Source: an uncultured Methanomicrobiales archaeon (GTDB taxonomy: Archaea; Halobacteriota; Methanomicrobia; Methanomicrobiales; Methanospirillaceae). Taken from it: 64,000 nt of DNA. A program made the position numbers and the translations under genes. The notes beneath the pieces were generated by a model that did no database searches, was not told the DNA's origin, and was given only the letters and a program-made list of their open reading frames with translations. How positions within the stretch are numbered: the first letter of the stretch is position 1; each line of letters starts with the position of its first letter. Shown piece by piece: positions 1 through 11,641 of this stretch. Location of the stretch: positions 832,001 through 896,000 of the forward strand of contig OY969100.1 of assembly GCA_963697895.1 (NCBI GenBank), written 5' to 3'.

Positions 1-1774
1 GAGGCCGGTCCCTACCCGTGGGAAGAAATCATCAACTGATCATCCACCGATTCACCCAACCGGCCCTGCCACGCGCGCCGGGCTTGGAGAAGATCGGTGG
101 CGGATATACGAACTGGTGCTCCGCAGGTTTCTGGCGACCTTGAGCCCTGATGCACTCTGGATGACCCAGAAAGTTAATTTCATTGCGGGATCAGAGCCCT
201 ATACGGTCACCGGTGGAAGGCTGATCGAGCCAGGCTGGCGGACTGTGTACCCCTTCAGCGAGGCGAAGGAGTACGTTCTCCCGCCCTTCATTGCCGGAGA
301 ACACCTCCCGATCTGTTCGGTGCATCTCGATGAGAAAGAAACGCAACCACCACCACGGTTTACGCAGAGCCGGTTGATCCAGCGGATGGAGGAACTCGGT
401 CTCGGAACGAAAAGTACCCGTCATGAAGTGATCCAGAAACTGATCGCGCGAAAATACGCGGAGGGAAATCCGCTCCGTCCCACCCTCGTGGGACGAGCGG
501 TCATTGAATCCCTGGAAAATCATGCGGACACTATCACCCGACCGGCGATGACCCAGACTCTCGAGTCCCACATGCAGCAGATCAAAGAACGGAAACGGAC
601 GAGCGAGGATGTGGTCACCGAGTCCCGGCAGATGCTGAACCAGGTATTCGATCAGATGGAACCCCATTCTGAAGAGATTGGAAGCGAGATCCGGGAGCAG
701 ACCGCAGAGGAGCTGACCCTCGGCCCGTGCCCTGCCTGTGGCACAGATATCCGGATACGGCATATGCGAAGTCAGGCTCAGTTCATCGGCTGTAACCGGT
801 ATCCGGATTGTTCTTTCAATATCAGCCTCCCCATGATGCTCTGGGGGTTTGCGGTGCGGACCGATGAAATCTGTCCCATCCACCGGCTCCATCATGTGCG
901 GCTGATAAAGAAAGGGGCGCGCCCGTGGGAGATAGGTTGTCCGCTCTGTCACCATATCAGCACGAACCGGGAGACGATGGTCCTGATTCCTTCCATGAAT
1001 CCCGCGATCCTGGACAGCCTGCACGTTCATCACATCTATTCAGTCTATGATCTTGCCAAAAGCAGCCCCGGGAACATCTCGAAGATAACTGGTCTTCCCG
1101 ATGAAAGTGCCGGTTTGCTGGTCCGGGAGGCCGAAGATGTGCTTACGCTTCTCCGAAAACGTTCAGACTGCCGCAAATTCGTCCGACGTCATCTTCCACC
1201 ACGGAGGGGGCGGAGCCATGCAGCGATTGTGAAAAAGTTATTGGATGCCGGGATCGACGACATCCCAACCCTTGGATCTGCGGAAATTAAAAAACTTATA
1301 TCTGCGGGCATTGGCGAAAAAGAAGCTTTATTGCTGCAGGGTGAAGCGAACAGGCTTTCGAGCGAGCGCCGTCTGCGTGAGATTGGGATCCCGCCGGTGA
1401 GTCTGAAGCGATATCAGGCGGCCGGGATTATCACGCCGGAAGAATTGATAAGCTTTCATCCCGCATATACCAGCCAGAAGACCGGGATAAGCCTTGAAAC
1501 TGTCTGTAGGCACGTAGAGCTCGTGGCACAGAAACTCGGGAAGCCGTTCCCTGGGCGATGCTCAAAGGCGCAACTCGAAAAGGGCAGGAAAGAGCTCCTT
1601 TCCATCCATGGACTGGGAGATTCAGCCCTGGAGAAACTGTACCGTGCCGGGATCATCAGCGGAGATGCACTGATCGCTGCAGACCCTGAAGCGGTGTCGG
1701 CAAAAACGGGAATACCAGCCGATAAGATCCGGGAATACCAGGCGCTTTATCGTTCAATCAGAAATAAAACGTGA
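1..1774 (+). CDS. topA: DNA topoisomerase IA, 5'-truncated by the window edge; C-terminal Zn ribbons plus HhH-like repeats
   Basis: Frame is open from position 2 (STDHPPIHPT..IYELVLRRFLA); PPPRFTQSRLI..MEELGLGTKSTR topo IA motif; CPACG/GCNRYPDC Zn ribbon. Confidence 0.95.
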   Translation, partial: RPVPTRGKKSSTDHPPIHPTGPATRAGLGEDRWRIYELVLRRFLATLSPDALWMTQKVNFIAGSEPYTVTGGRLIEPGWRTVYPFSEAKEYVLPPFIAGEHLPICSVHLDEKETQPPPRFTQSRLIQRMEELGLGTKSTRHEVIQKLIARKYAEGNPLRPTLVGRAVIESLENHADTITRPAMTQTLESHMQQIKERKRTSEDVVTESRQMLNQVFDQMEPHSEEIGSEIREQTAEELTLGPCPACGTDIRIRHMRSQAQFIGCNRYPDCSFNISLPMMLWGFAVRTDEICPIHRLHHVRLIKKGARPWEIGCPLCHHISTNRETMVLIPSMNPAILDSLHVHHIYSVYDLAKSSPGNISKITGLPDESAGLLVREAEDVLTLLRKRSDCRKFVRRHLPPRRGRSHAAIVKKLLDAGIDDIPTLGSAEIKKLISAGIGEKEALLLQGEANRLSSERRLREIGIPPVSLKRYQAAGIITPEELISFHPAYTSQKTGISLETVCRHVELVAQKLGKPFPGRCSKAQLEKGRKELLSIHGLGDSALEKLYRAGIISGDALIAADPEAVSAKTGIPADKIREYQALYRSIRNKT

Positions 1775-1807
1775 CATCAGGACCAATACACGGCAGGATT
1801 AACCATC

Positions 1808-2494
1808 ATGCACATGAAATGGAAGAACTGGGTCCATGTAACAAAACTCGATCCGGACAAACATCTGACACCCCAGGCAATTGGTGATATCGCAACGAGC
1901 GGAACAGACGCACTTATGCTCTCCGGGACCCTCAATGTAACCCGCGAGAATATAGGGGACCTCCTTGACCAGGTTGCGTCTTACGATCTCCCGGTGATCG
2001 TTGAGCCCTCCGGTCCGGAAGCGGTGATCTTCGAAGGGATTGATCTTCTGTATGTTCCGAGTGTTCTGAATACTTCAGATGTGCAGTGGATCGTCGGAAA
2101 GCACCGCGACTGGGTGCTGCATCAGGAGGTCGAATGGGAAAAGGTCGTCCCGGAGGCGTATATTGTTCTGAATCCCGACTCCTCCGTGGGGAAAGTCACC
2201 CGGGCAGTCTGCACTCTCTCCGGGGCTGATGTTGCTGCTTACACCCGGGTGGCGGATCATTACTTCCATTTTCCGATTGTCTATATCGAATACAGCGGGA
2301 TGTATGGCGACCCGGCGATTGTAAAGTCCGCATCTGAGGCGATCGACGATGCGATCCTCTACTATGGAGGGGGCATCAACTCTGCTGCGCGTGCGGCTGA
2401 GATGGCCCGGTATGCGGATACGATCGTTGTAGGGAACGCAATCTACGACAAGGGAGTCGCCGCTCTTAAGGAGACTGTACGGGCAGTGCAGTAG
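1808..2494 (+). CDS. pcrB: Geranylgeranylglyceryl phosphate synthase (PcrB/group I)
   Basis: HVTKLDPDK, EAYIVLNP, YIEYSG, YGGGI, IVVGN motifs. Confidence 0.92.
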   Translation: MHMKWKNWVHVTKLDPDKHLTPQAIGDIATSGTDALMLSGTLNVTRENIGDLLDQVASYDLPVIVEPSGPEAVIFEGIDLLYVPSVLNTSDVQWIVGKHRDWVLHQEVEWEKVVPEAYIVLNPDSSVGKVTRAVCTLSGADVAAYTRVADHYFHFPIVYIEYSGMYGDPAIVKSASEAIDDAILYYGGGINSAARAAEMARYADTIVVGNAIYDKGVAALKETVRAVQ

Positions 2495-2514
2495 CACCCG
2501 TACGAAAACGTATC

Positions 2515-3213
2515 ATGCCCCGGGTGGAAATTGTCCTTATCAACCCACTCTACGAAGGGAATGTGGGGTTCTCCGCCCGCGTGATGAAGAACTTCGGGTT
2601 TGAACATCTGGTCCTGGTCGATCCCTGTCCCCTGGGAGAGGAAGCGAAAGCCCGCGCTTCACATGCCCAGGATGTGCTCCGGAATGCATTTCATTCCTCG
2701 CTGGATGACGTTTTCAGGCGAAGTTCTCTCACCATCGCCACCACCGGGGAGGTCAGCAAATCTGTCTGTCATGCAATGCGTATGCCTTTTTATTCTCCGA
2801 GAGAAGTGAGAGAATTGATCTGCGATATCAACGGAACCGTCTCGATTCTTTTTGGGAGGGAGAACTGGGGGTTGAATAACGAAGAGATCAGGAGGAGCGA
2901 TCTGATATGCACGATTCCATCGAACCCCGGATATCCGATCCTCAACCTCTCTCATGCCGTTGGCATCCTCTGCTATGAACTCGCGCACCTTCCGCGGGGG
3001 AGCTATCTTCTCGCTTCCCCAGAGGAGATGGATCATCTCTACCGGCATATCGACCGGTTCCTTACCCGGATCGACCACCCACCCTTCAAGCGGGAGAATA
3101 CAATGCTTCTTATCCACCGGATCCTTGGCAGGGCACATCTGACGGTTCGGGAGGCGAGTACCCTCCACGGTCTCATGCGACGCACCGAATGGCAGATGGA
3201 TAATAAAAAGTAA
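2515..3213 (+). CDS. trmJ: TrmJ/LasT-family SPOUT tRNA methyltransferase
   Basis: [35 protein letters not shown]. Confidence 0.9.
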   Translation: MPRVEIVLINPLYEGNVGFSARVMKNFGFEHLVLVDPCPLGEEAKARASHAQDVLRNAFHSSLDDVFRRSSLTIATTGEVSKSVCHAMRMPFYSPREVRELICDINGTVSILFGRENWGLNNEEIRRSDLICTIPSNPGYPILNLSHAVGILCYELAHLPRGSYLLASPEEMDHLYRHIDRFLTRIDHPPFKRENTMLLIHRILGRAHLTVREASTLHGLMRRTEWQMDNKK

Positions 3214-3241
3214 ACCATCAGACCGCCATATTATCTCGTAC

Positions 3242-3799
3242 ATGATCCTTGTCGACTGGCAGATCCTCGATCGCATCGGAAGAGGGTTTATCAAAATTGA
3301 ACCGTTTGACCCCGAACTCGTCCAGCCTAATTCACTCGATATCAGGCTTGGCAACCACTTCGTCTGGTATCAGGTAGGAGACGAGGTGATCGACCCCTAT
3401 CATAAGGACACGGTGAGCTCAGGGACCTCCGATCTCCATGCGGATTCGGTAGTGCTCGAACCTGGACAGTTTGTCCTTGCCGAGACTCTAGAAAGAATAG
3501 AGCTGCCGGACAATGTGGTCGCAAGCATTGAGGGGAAGAGCAGTATCGCCCGTCTGGGAATAGAGCTTCACCAGACCGGGGGGTGGATAGATGCGGGCTT
3601 TCGGGGAAGCATCACATTAGAGATGTGTAATGTAAACCAGCGCCCGGTCCGCATGTATGCGGGGATGCCTATCGGGCAGCTGGTCTTCTATACCACCGAA
3701 CGGGCAATGCGCCCTTATAATATGAAAAAAGATGCCAAATACATGGATCAACGCCAGGCAACCCTTTCCCGGTACCATGAAAACCGGAGAAGGAGCTGA
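3242..3799 (+). CDS. dcd: dCTP deaminase
   Basis: [39 protein letters not shown]. Confidence 0.93.
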   Translation: MILVDWQILDRIGRGFIKIEPFDPELVQPNSLDIRLGNHFVWYQVGDEVIDPYHKDTVSSGTSDLHADSVVLEPGQFVLAETLERIELPDNVVASIEGKSSIARLGIELHQTGGWIDAGFRGSITLEMCNVNQRPVRMYAGMPIGQLVFYTTERAMRPYNMKKDAKYMDQRQATLSRYHENRRRS

Positions 3800-3862
3800 A
3801 TGCTATATACCCCATGAAAACACAATTAATGAGGAATGATTCCATCAATCTGGAGATGAACA

Positions 3863-5689
3863 ATGCGGCTTCTTCTGATACATTCGGATTTTATTGAATA
3901 TGAGGCGAGGAAAAAGACTGCGATGGCCGAAGAAGGCGGAGTTCTGAAGGATTCAGAAAACGAGGCCCTCACTGTTTTTTGTGCTGTGGAATCGGTCGAT
4001 GAGGAAGATATAGGGAGCGTTGTTGAACAGGCGGTTGAAGAGGTGGCGGGAACCGCGACCCAGCTGGCGGTCGAGAATATCGTTATTTATCCCTATGCCC
4101 ATCTGAGCAGCGACCTTGCAAGACCGGATGTGGCCGTTGCCGCTCTCCGGGCACTCGAAGCCGGTCTGCTCGCTTCCGGATACCGGGTAAAGCGGGCCCC
4201 GTTCGGATGGTACAAGGCGTTCAGAATATCGTGCAAAGGTCACCCGCTCTCTGAACTATCAAAGACGATTGTTCCATCCGGGGATATCGCAAAAGAGGGA
4301 AGAACCATCGAACACGAGTTTTTTGTGATGACACCGGATGGCCGGCGTAATGAAGTGGAGGATTACCTGGATGACTCCCCATTCGGGTGCCTCGTTCGAA
4401 AAGAACTGGGCGAGGCAGTTCCCACCGGGGGAGAACCGCTACACGTTGAGCTCATGAGGGCGAAAGAACTGGTCGATTACGAACCGGTGAGCGATGTCGG
4501 TCATCTACGCTGGATGCCCCGCGGGAAACTCATCCGGGATCTGCTCGCCGATTACGTGTTGCAGCTCGTGCTCCCATACGGTGCAACACCAGTGGAGACG
4601 CCGGTTATGTACGACCTTGCCGACCGTGCGATCGCCGAGCATGCCGACAAATTCGGAGAACGTCAGTATCGGTTCAAAAGCGGGAACAGGAATATGATGC
4701 TCCGGTTTGCCGCATGTTTTGGGATGTTCTCGATCATGCGGAACATGCATATTTCACCCAATTATCTCCCGATGAAGATGTATGAACTCTCTACATACTC
4801 CTTCCGGCATGAGCAGAAAGGCGAGGTGATCGGGTTGAAGCGGCTCCGTGCGTTCACGATGCCGGATATGCATACCCTGTGTACCGATATGCCTGAAGCA
4901 CTCCGGTGCTTCGAGGAGCAACTGGCGATGGGCTGGAAGACCGGATCTGATTTCGGAACCAATCTGGTCGGGGTGTTCCGGTGCACGCGGGACTTTTTTG
5001 AGGAGTACCATGAGTGGGTGAAAGAGATGGTTGCCGAATCCGGGGTGCCGATGCTCATCGAGATCCTTTCAGACCGCGTGCACTACTGGATTGCCAAAGT
5101 AGACCTGGCAGCGATTGACGGGCAGGGCAGACCTATAGAGAACCCGACTGTCCAGATCGATGTCGAGAGCTCTGCCCGGTTTGACATAAAATATCACCAG
5201 GACGGGGAGGTTATCCACCCGCCTATCCTCCACTGCTCCCCTACCGGGAGTATAGAGCGGGTGATATGCGCGATTCTCGAGAGCACGGCGACCCAGGCGG
5301 TCCCGCGCCTGCCAACCTGGCTCTCCCCGACACAGGTCCGCGTGGTTCCGGTGGCCGAACGGCACATGGATGCAGCGGCAGAACTCTGCAAGCGGTTTAA
5401 TGCCGCCTGTATCAGGACGGATCTGGATGACCGCGATGAAAGCGTCGGGAAGAAAGTCAGGGAGGCCGGCATGGACTGGATCCCGTATGTCGTGGTGTTC
5501 GGGGACGCAGAACTCCAGTCGGGCCGGCTCACAGTAACGATACGGGAAAAATCAGCGCCGAATAAACCCTTTAAAGAGACGCTCACGACAGAAGAGTTGA
5601 TGAAGAGACTATCCAGAGATATTGCAGGAAAACCGTTCCGACCCCTTTATACCCCCCGGAAACTTTCAATAAAAGCGCGGTACATCTGA
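3863..5689 (+). CDS. thrS: Threonyl-tRNA synthetase (archaeal type with N-terminal editing domain)
   Basis: [48 protein letters not shown]. Confidence 0.97.
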   Translation: MRLLLIHSDFIEYEARKKTAMAEEGGVLKDSENEALTVFCAVESVDEEDIGSVVEQAVEEVAGTATQLAVENIVIYPYAHLSSDLARPDVAVAALRALEAGLLASGYRVKRAPFGWYKAFRISCKGHPLSELSKTIVPSGDIAKEGRTIEHEFFVMTPDGRRNEVEDYLDDSPFGCLVRKELGEAVPTGGEPLHVELMRAKELVDYEPVSDVGHLRWMPRGKLIRDLLADYVLQLVLPYGATPVETPVMYDLADRAIAEHADKFGERQYRFKSGNRNMMLRFAACFGMFSIMRNMHISPNYLPMKMYELSTYSFRHEQKGEVIGLKRLRAFTMPDMHTLCTDMPEALRCFEEQLAMGWKTGSDFGTNLVGVFRCTRDFFEEYHEWVKEMVAESGVPMLIEILSDRVHYWIAKVDLAAIDGQGRPIENPTVQIDVESSARFDIKYHQDGEVIHPPILHCSPTGSIERVICAILESTATQAVPRLPTWLSPTQVRVVPVAERHMDAAAELCKRFNAACIRTDLDDRDESVGKKVREAGMDWIPYVVVFGDAELQSGRLTVTIREKSAPNKPFKETLTTEELMKRLSRDIAGKPFRPLYTPRKLSIKARYI

Positions 5690-5802
5690 ACTTCCGCTCT
5701 TATTTTTACCTACCCTGTATTCCCGCAGGGAAAAACCCTGGTGAATTATATCCATGCAATCAACCGGTATCCTTTTCTATCCTGACCCGATACCTCCCTT
5801 TT

Positions 5803-6609
5803 ATGAACCAGGATGATCGCTGGGCCCTTCCGGACCTCGCCTCCGCGCTGAACCGGGCCGGTGAGAGGAAACGTCAGCGCATCCGCTGTTCCCTGTCGTT
5901 CCTTGAGGAATACGTAAAAGGGCCGGACGAAGCATTCCGTTCGGCGACCGGGAACATCGCCTGTCTCCGGGGGATAGCGTCCCGTCAGCTCGATTCCGCA
6001 CTCTCGGTGAAGCTCACCGCTATTGGTGCGATATTTGACCGGGACCTGTGCATGGAACATCTTCGCATGATTGCAAAAGAAGCGGCAAAGCTTCATGTCC
6101 CACTTGAACTCGATATGGAAGGGCGGGGTCTCGTCGAGTTTACGATAGAAGCGGCCCGTGCGTGTCGGGAAATACACGACCAGGTCACCATCGCACTCCA
6201 GGCATACCTGGACCGGACCCGTTTGGATCTGAGAGCACTGGATACGCGGAGGATAGGTGTCCGGTTGGTAAAAGGAGCATATGTCGGGGATGTCACGGAT
6301 TTCTTTGAGATCCAGGCCCGTTTCAAAACGTTGGCAGAGGAGGCCCTCGATATCGGATCTCCATTCTCTGCCGGGACACATGATCCCGATCTTGTTGCCT
6401 GGCTGAAGGAACGGATGGCAGAACACAAGAACCTGATCGAGTTCGGGTTTCTGATGGGGCTTGCTAATCGGACAAAGACAGCCCTGGTGGCAGAGGGCTG
6501 GTCCGTCTCCGAATATGTCCCGTACGGACTGAATAATGCGGCTTATACAACGAGGCGGGAGCGGTACCTTGGGGAACTTGCTGAACTCGGCAGAGGGCCG
6601 CTTGTCTGA
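5803..6609 (+). CDS. Monofunctional proline dehydrogenase family flavoprotein
   Basis: SVKLT, LDME, LQAYL, RLVKGAY, GTHD, YVPYG, Y..RR. Confidence 0.85.
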   Translation: MNQDDRWALPDLASALNRAGERKRQRIRCSLSFLEEYVKGPDEAFRSATGNIACLRGIASRQLDSALSVKLTAIGAIFDRDLCMEHLRMIAKEAAKLHVPLELDMEGRGLVEFTIEAARACREIHDQVTIALQAYLDRTRLDLRALDTRRIGVRLVKGAYVGDVTDFFEIQARFKTLAEEALDIGSPFSAGTHDPDLVAWLKERMAEHKNLIEFGFLMGLANRTKTALVAEGWSVSEYVPYGLNNAAYTTRRERYLGELAELGRGPLV

Positions 6610-6693
6610 ACATTCATTCGGTCTGCGAATCGCTCATCAGGTGCCCATGACCACATAAATAATCCCTCAGGGGAAGAAAATAGCTGATCACGA

Positions 6694-7503
6694 ATGACCC
6701 GGATATACCCCTTTTTACTCTCCATTCCTCATGCAGGCACTGAGATACCCGAAGAACTGGAGGATTCTGTCCTTCTGGACGATATTGCCCTGCGCTATTA
6801 CAGCGATCCAGGCAGTCTATCCATATTTGATTTTAAAGATCGGGTTGCCGCATATCACGATGTACCAATCTCCCGTATTTTTGTAGACCTGAATCGACCG
6901 CCCTATCATTTACCTCCTCGTTATCCGGACGGTGTCGTGAAGATGCGGACCATCGACGGGAGGCGGGTATACCGGGAAGGGGTGTTCCCTGAAATGCCAC
7001 TTATCCAGCGGTTAATGATGCGCTATTACTTCCCATTTCATGAAGAACTGGATCGGTCGATCGACACCAGGGATGTTCAATTTGCAATCGATTGCCACTC
7101 CATGCTTCCGAAAGGGTTACCCGGCCAGAATGATGCCGGAAAGATCCGGCCGGATATCTGTCTGGGCAATCATGGCGGAAGAGAAGGATACCCAGAACCG
7201 GGAAGACTGACCACCTGCCCTGCAGGATGGATACAGGCGCTGGCAGCGTCATTCCGTGAGATCTTTCCCGACGATATTGCGGTGAGTATTAACGATCCGT
7301 ACGCAGGAGGTTTTATTTCCCTGTCGCATTACTGGCATCGGGGGGTTCCCTGGATTCAACTGGAGATCAACCGATCCTTATTTGAAAAGTCTGATTCAGG
7401 GCCGGATCGGGGAACGATTGTAAACAAAGAGCGCATCCGGGAACTGCACGAAGATGTGTGGATTGCATTAACCGGGTGGTGGGGGACCTTCTCGGATTCA
7501 TGA
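6694..7503 (+). CDS. N-formylglutamate amidohydrolase family protein
   Basis: SIPHAG, SR..VDLNR, YYFPFH, IDCHSM, PDICLG, N.PY.GG, QLEINR. Confidence 0.88.
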   Translation: MTRIYPFLLSIPHAGTEIPEELEDSVLLDDIALRYYSDPGSLSIFDFKDRVAAYHDVPISRIFVDLNRPPYHLPPRYPDGVVKMRTIDGRRVYREGVFPEMPLIQRLMMRYYFPFHEELDRSIDTRDVQFAIDCHSMLPKGLPGQNDAGKIRPDICLGNHGGREGYPEPGRLTTCPAGWIQALAASFREIFPDDIAVSINDPYAGGFISLSHYWHRGVPWIQLEINRSLFEKSDSGPDRGTIVNKERIRELHEDVWIALTGWWGTFSDS

Positions 7504-7559
7504 GGGGTAACCCGGTTACGGCAAACCGGGACCATCCGCTCAACGACCACCTGTTTTTC

Positions 7560-8789
7560 TTAAAGTATTCGCGCGACACCTGAAGACACTGCTGCCTTTT
7601 CGACCGCCCCCGCAATTGCCCGGGTAACGGATCGGTCCATGATATTGGGGAGGACCCGATCCCGGGTCGGTTTTTTAATATACTCAGCAAGGGCATGGGC
7701 GGCCGCCACCTTCATCTCATCGGTGATCCGGATGGCATGTGCATCCAGCGCACCCCGGAAGACCCCGGGATATGCAAAGGCGTTATTTACCTGGTTCGGG
7801 AAGTCGCTCCTCCCGGTACCGACCACCGTCGCCCCGGCATGCCGTGCCCGGTCCGGCATGATCTCCGGGACCGGATTGGCCATTGCAAAAACAATAGGGT
7901 CTGTATTCATAGACCTGACCATCTCCTCCGATATGATACCGGGTGCGGATACGCCGATCACCACATCCGCTCCTTCCATGGCATCTGAAAGGGTTCCGGT
8001 CCTCCGTTCGTGGTTGGTCTCGTCGGCAATGATAAATTTATACTTATTCTCGTACAGTCCGTCCCGCCCCCGATATATGATCCCCTGTGTATCACAGACG
8101 ATGATATCACGGACGCTCTGGCAGACGTCCGGGCTGTACCCGATGCACTTCAGCAGCCGGGCGATCGCATAGCCGGCCGCACCTGAACCCACGATGACAA
8201 TGTTCAACTCTTCGAACGATCTTCCGGTCACCCGGCAGGCATTGAGAAGCGCCGCCAGAACGACGATGGCTGTGCCGTGCTGATCATCGTGCATCACCGG
8301 AATCCCGATATCCTGCAGTGCTTCCTCGACCGCAAAACACTTTGGTGCCGCAATATCCTCGAGATTGATCCCCCCGAAAACGGGAGCGATGTTCCTCACT
8401 TCGTCCACGAAATCCGTATGATAATTCTCAAAACAGATCGGGAACGCATCGATCCCGGCGAACTTCTTGAAGAGCGCGGCCTTCCCCTCCATCACCGGTA
8501 TTGCTGCATAACCGCCGATGTTACCGAGTCCGAGCACCGCTGATCCATCGGTAACGATAGCGATTGTGTTTGCCTTGAGGGTGTATTTATACGCAAGTGT
8601 CTTGTCGCGTTGGATCGCCCTGCAGACCTCGGCGACACCGGGTGTATATGCCCTCGCAAGATCCCGTTTCGTTCTCAAAGGTACTTTGGAGCGTATTTCC
8701 AGTTTTCCGTGATACCGCTCGTGCAATGTGAGTGCTTCCGCATATATCTTCTCCTTATCCTCATCCTTTCCGGTCATGCGTATATTCAC
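7560..8789 (-). CDS. NAD(P)-dependent malic enzyme
   Basis: AYTPGVA, TDGSAVLGLG, VMEGKA, INLEDI, HDDQHGTA, GSGAAG, TGRSDFPNQVNN. Confidence 0.95.
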   Translation of the reverse strand: MNIRMTGKDEDKEKIYAEALTLHERYHGKLEIRSKVPLRTKRDLARAYTPGVAEVCRAIQRDKTLAYKYTLKANTIAIVTDGSAVLGLGNIGGYAAIPVMEGKAALFKKFAGIDAFPICFENYHTDFVDEVRNIAPVFGGINLEDIAAPKCFAVEEALQDIGIPVMHDDQHGTAIVVLAALLNACRVTGRSFEELNIVIVGSGAAGYAIARLLKCIGYSPDVCQSVRDIIVCDTQGIIYRGRDGLYENKYKFIIADETNHERRTGTLSDAMEGADVVIGVSAPGIISEEMVRSMNTDPIVFAMANPVPEIMPDRARHAGATVVGTGRSDFPNQVNNAFAYPGVFRGALDAHAIRITDEMKVAAAHALAEYIKKPTRDRVLPNIMDRSVTRAIAGAVEKAAVSSGVARIL

Positions 8790-8869
8790 TTACCCGTATT
8801 TCCGTGGATAACCGGAGGCAAAGAATTTATGGTCGGCCCTCTCTGTCAGGAATGGTGGGTGATTGAATT

Positions 8870-9391
8870 TTACCTCCTCCGGTATGTCCCCATCAGAAGG
8901 CCGGTCGCAAGTACATGCCCCTTCATTGCCCGCTCGAGGCTTTCCCTGTCTCCAGGAGCTGGAATAAGTTTTAACGAGAGTGCATACAGCCGGAAGTAAT
9001 AACGGTGCGGTTTACCGCGGGGCGGGCAGGGGCCTCCGTACCCTGGTCGCCGGAAGTCGTTCATCCCCTGCACGCCCCCGTCATCCAGCGTCCCCTGCGC
9101 CGGAACCCCATCGGGAAGGGTTGTCCGGTCCGGTGCCATGTTGCAGATGACCCAGTGGGTGAATGTCCCGGTCGGGTCGTCCGGGTCATCCATGATCAAT
9201 GCAAGGCTCTTCGTCCCCGACGGAACTCCCCTCCAGGATAATGCGGGAGAACGGTTTGCACCATCACAGGTGTGCGAGACCGGTATCTCTTCTCCCGGGC
9301 GGAACGCATCAGTTGTAATCATAAGATCTGTCAATTGCTCACCACCCCATCCGGTACCCTGTTCATGGACTGGATTCCTGTTCAGGTCCAC
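8870..9391 (-). CDS. YbhB/YbcL (PEBP/Raf kinase inhibitor-like) protein
   Basis: SP.L.W, DPD.P.G.FTHW, GYGGPCPP.G..HRY.F.LYAL; true start may lie slightly downstream. Confidence 0.9.
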   Translation of the reverse strand: MDLNRNPVHEQGTGWGGEQLTDLMITTDAFRPGEEIPVSHTCDGANRSPALSWRGVPSGTKSLALIMDDPDDPTGTFTHWVICNMAPDRTTLPDGVPAQGTLDDGGVQGMNDFRRPGYGGPCPPRGKPHRYYFRLYALSLKLIPAPGDRESLERAMKGHVLATGLLMGTYRRR

Positions 9392-11415
9392 AGAATTCCG
9401 GTAACGGTACAGGATAATTCCCTCTCATGCGATAAAAGTTCCCGGGTCGGTTGCCTCTTCCCGGGCAGTGCATCCCCGAACGCAAATAAGATCTCGGCCC
9501 ATGCTTTGTCGAGGAGTGCCCGGTAATAGGCCGGATCAAACCCTGTTGCGTTCCATTCCAGATCCACCTCCCAGCGTCGGGCGTCCCTGACCACGTACCC
9601 GATCTCCATACCCGGGGAGACCTGTATGCCTGCCGCAGCGCATGCCGTTACGGCAGATGCCTCCGCACACCGGTGCGCATAGGTGATCCGGCTGACCTGG
9701 CGATGAATGGCCAACTCACGTGCTTCGGCTTTCGGAAGACCGGCAACTGCTTCCCGGTAGATCGCCTTCACTGCGGATTCCCTGGCGATCAGCGAGTCCC
9801 TGTCCATCGTACCCCGCAACTTTTCCAGCATCGCATGCTGCATCTTCCCGATATAGTCCGGCGTGTCCCGCTTCCGTGCCATGATCCCCCGTACCTTGAT
9901 GGTGTCATCCGCCAGAAGACCGTAGTACCGGTTATATGCACCAAACCCGTCCGGCATCGGGAGAAAGACGATCCAGCGGTAATCTTCAAGCTCGGTGGGG
10001 AGCCCGGTCTCTGCCTCGACTCTTGCCTTCAGCTCCCGGGTGGGACCCCCGCGGACCCAGAGGCAGTCCACGATGCCGTGGATCACTTCAAAACCCATAT
10101 TCTCGGCGATTCCCTTGGTAGTGAGGAGAATGTCCCGTGATTTTCCGGTGATCTGTTCATGGACTTCGATCCTCCCGAATTTGGCATTTTTATACCCCGT
10201 ATACCCGAAACAGGTGACCAGCATCCACTTGAGTATCGAATCCACACCAGCATACTGCGGGTCTGACTTCTTCCGCTGCTTGGTCTCCAGCCGCAGACGG
10301 AGCAGGGGACCAAGCACCGAAGGGAGGAAGCCCTGCCTTCCCAGGCCGCCAAGGGTCTCCGGAGAGAGATTATAACGGACGATGACCGCAGGGTAGAGCG
10401 AGGTGAAGTCGATCTGGCAGACATCCTCATAGAGTCCGGGAACCGGCTGGAACATCATTCCCCCCCGATCTGCCCCCCGTAATTCCGCAAACTGCCGGAT
10501 ACACTCGGGGTCTGCCTTCCGGTACGGGATGGCGATGCCGCAGCGTATCGCCTCGTACACCTCATAGGTGGAGATCAGGGTGCCGGAGGTGAACCGTGCG
10601 GTGAGATTGGGGGAGAGCCCGGTAAGCCGGGACGCAAGGAGCACCCCGGCGAGCCCTCCCTCACGGTAGTTGAAACTCTGGCGGGTATCTATCAGCACCC
10701 GGCCGTCCGGGATCAGGGCTCCCGGGCGGAATTCAGTCCTCCCGTAACTCCAGAAGGAGTGTGCATCGAGCTTCCGGAACACCCCGGTCCGGCTGATGGT
10801 GGATTCGAGCCCGAATTCCTGTGCACGATTCAGGATCCGGGGCAACCAGGTATCAGCCAGCGGGAAGAGGATGATATCAGGGTCATATGAGTCCACGAGA
10901 CCGAAAAGATCAGAGAGAATTGCCTTTTCGGTCCCTTGCAACCGTTCTTTCCGCTCGTGCGTCACGTCGATGCACGAACATGCGGTGCCCGTGTGCGGGT
11001 TGTCGCGGACTGCAACCTCCATGCAGGTCAGGGGGACCTCGAATTGGACGGAAAATCGTGATTCTGATGGTTCGCCGCAGGGGAAAAGGTTCCGCTCGGC
11101 GAAATACCGCTGGTCGAGCCTGACGTCGACGTTGTACAACTGAGCGCGATACCCGGACTGCTTCTCAATCAGGTCAGCCTCCGGTCTTCCAGCCTCTATC
11201 CGGTACCCGTCATGCGTGCCGTATACCGTGCGGAACGTGCATTCCTCCACGCGATACCGTTCCGAAAGCGCTTCCACGAGCTGCCAGTGAGCGTGGGGAT
11301 CGGGAAGGTGCAGATAAAACGATGGCTCATAGGGAATGCGGTGCCGGCTCATCCCATCTGAGCGGTCCCAGTATTCAACGCTGCCCCGGCGGTAGCATGA
11401 ATCAAGGATCCACAC
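9382..11415 (-). CDS. polB2: Family B DNA polymerase, PolB2 subfamily
   Basis: Motif [12 protein letters not shown], motif [13 protein letters not shown], motif C HGIVDC (PolB2-type replacement of YGDTDS); exonuclease motifs degenerate. Confidence 0.9.
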   Translation of the reverse strand: MWILDSCYRRGSVEYWDRSDGMSRHRIPYEPSFYLHLPDPHAHWQLVEALSERYRVEECTFRTVYGTHDGYRIEAGRPEADLIEKQSGYRAQLYNVDVRLDQRYFAERNLFPCGEPSESRFSVQFEVPLTCMEVAVRDNPHTGTACSCIDVTHERKERLQGTEKAILSDLFGLVDSYDPDIILFPLADTWLPRILNRAQEFGLESTISRTGVFRKLDAHSFWSYGRTEFRPGALIPDGRVLIDTRQSFNYREGGLAGVLLASRLTGLSPNLTARFTSGTLISTYEVYEAIRCGIAIPYRKADPECIRQFAELRGADRGGMMFQPVPGLYEDVCQIDFTSLYPAVIVRYNLSPETLGGLGRQGFLPSVLGPLLRLRLETKQRKKSDPQYAGVDSILKWMLVTCFGYTGYKNAKFGRIEVHEQITGKSRDILLTTKGIAENMGFEVIHGIVDCLWVRGGPTRELKARVEAETGLPTELEDYRWIVFLPMPDGFGAYNRYYGLLADDTIKVRGIMARKRDTPDYIGKMQHAMLEKLRGTMDRDSLIARESAVKAIYREAVAGLPKAEARELAIHRQVSRITYAHRCAEASAVTACAAAGIQVSPGMEIGYVVRDARRWEVDLEWNATGFDPAYYRALLDKAWAEILFAFGDALPGKRQPTRELLSHERELSCTVTGILWT

Positions 11416-11641
11416 GGAGTCGACGCTCCTGCTCCTTCAGCAGCTCAATGAGCACCGAGTAAAAGACCGCCTCGAGCGGGTCGTCAAAGGCAGAGAATGC
11501 CTCGCTCGAATGCCGCTTCGCCATGGAAACGAGGTCGCGGAGATAGAGTTCATCTTCCCGCTTCACGAAATGCGCCTCCCGGAGCCACCGTTCAGTAATT
11601 TCTTTCACTCCCATCCTGACGCTGATGAAGCTTCTTCCCAT
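11402..11641 (-). CDS. Small helical PolB2-associated protein (arCOG07300-like)
   Basis: 79 aa MGRSF.SVR..AKRHSSEAF.AFDDPLEA..YSVLIELLK; overlaps both neighbours; position matches the known iRadA-small protein-PolB2 operon. Confidence 0.8.
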   Translation of the reverse strand: MGRSFISVRMGVKEITERWLREAHFVKREDELYLRDLVSMAKRHSSEAFSAFDDPLEAVFYSVLIELLKEQERRLRVDP

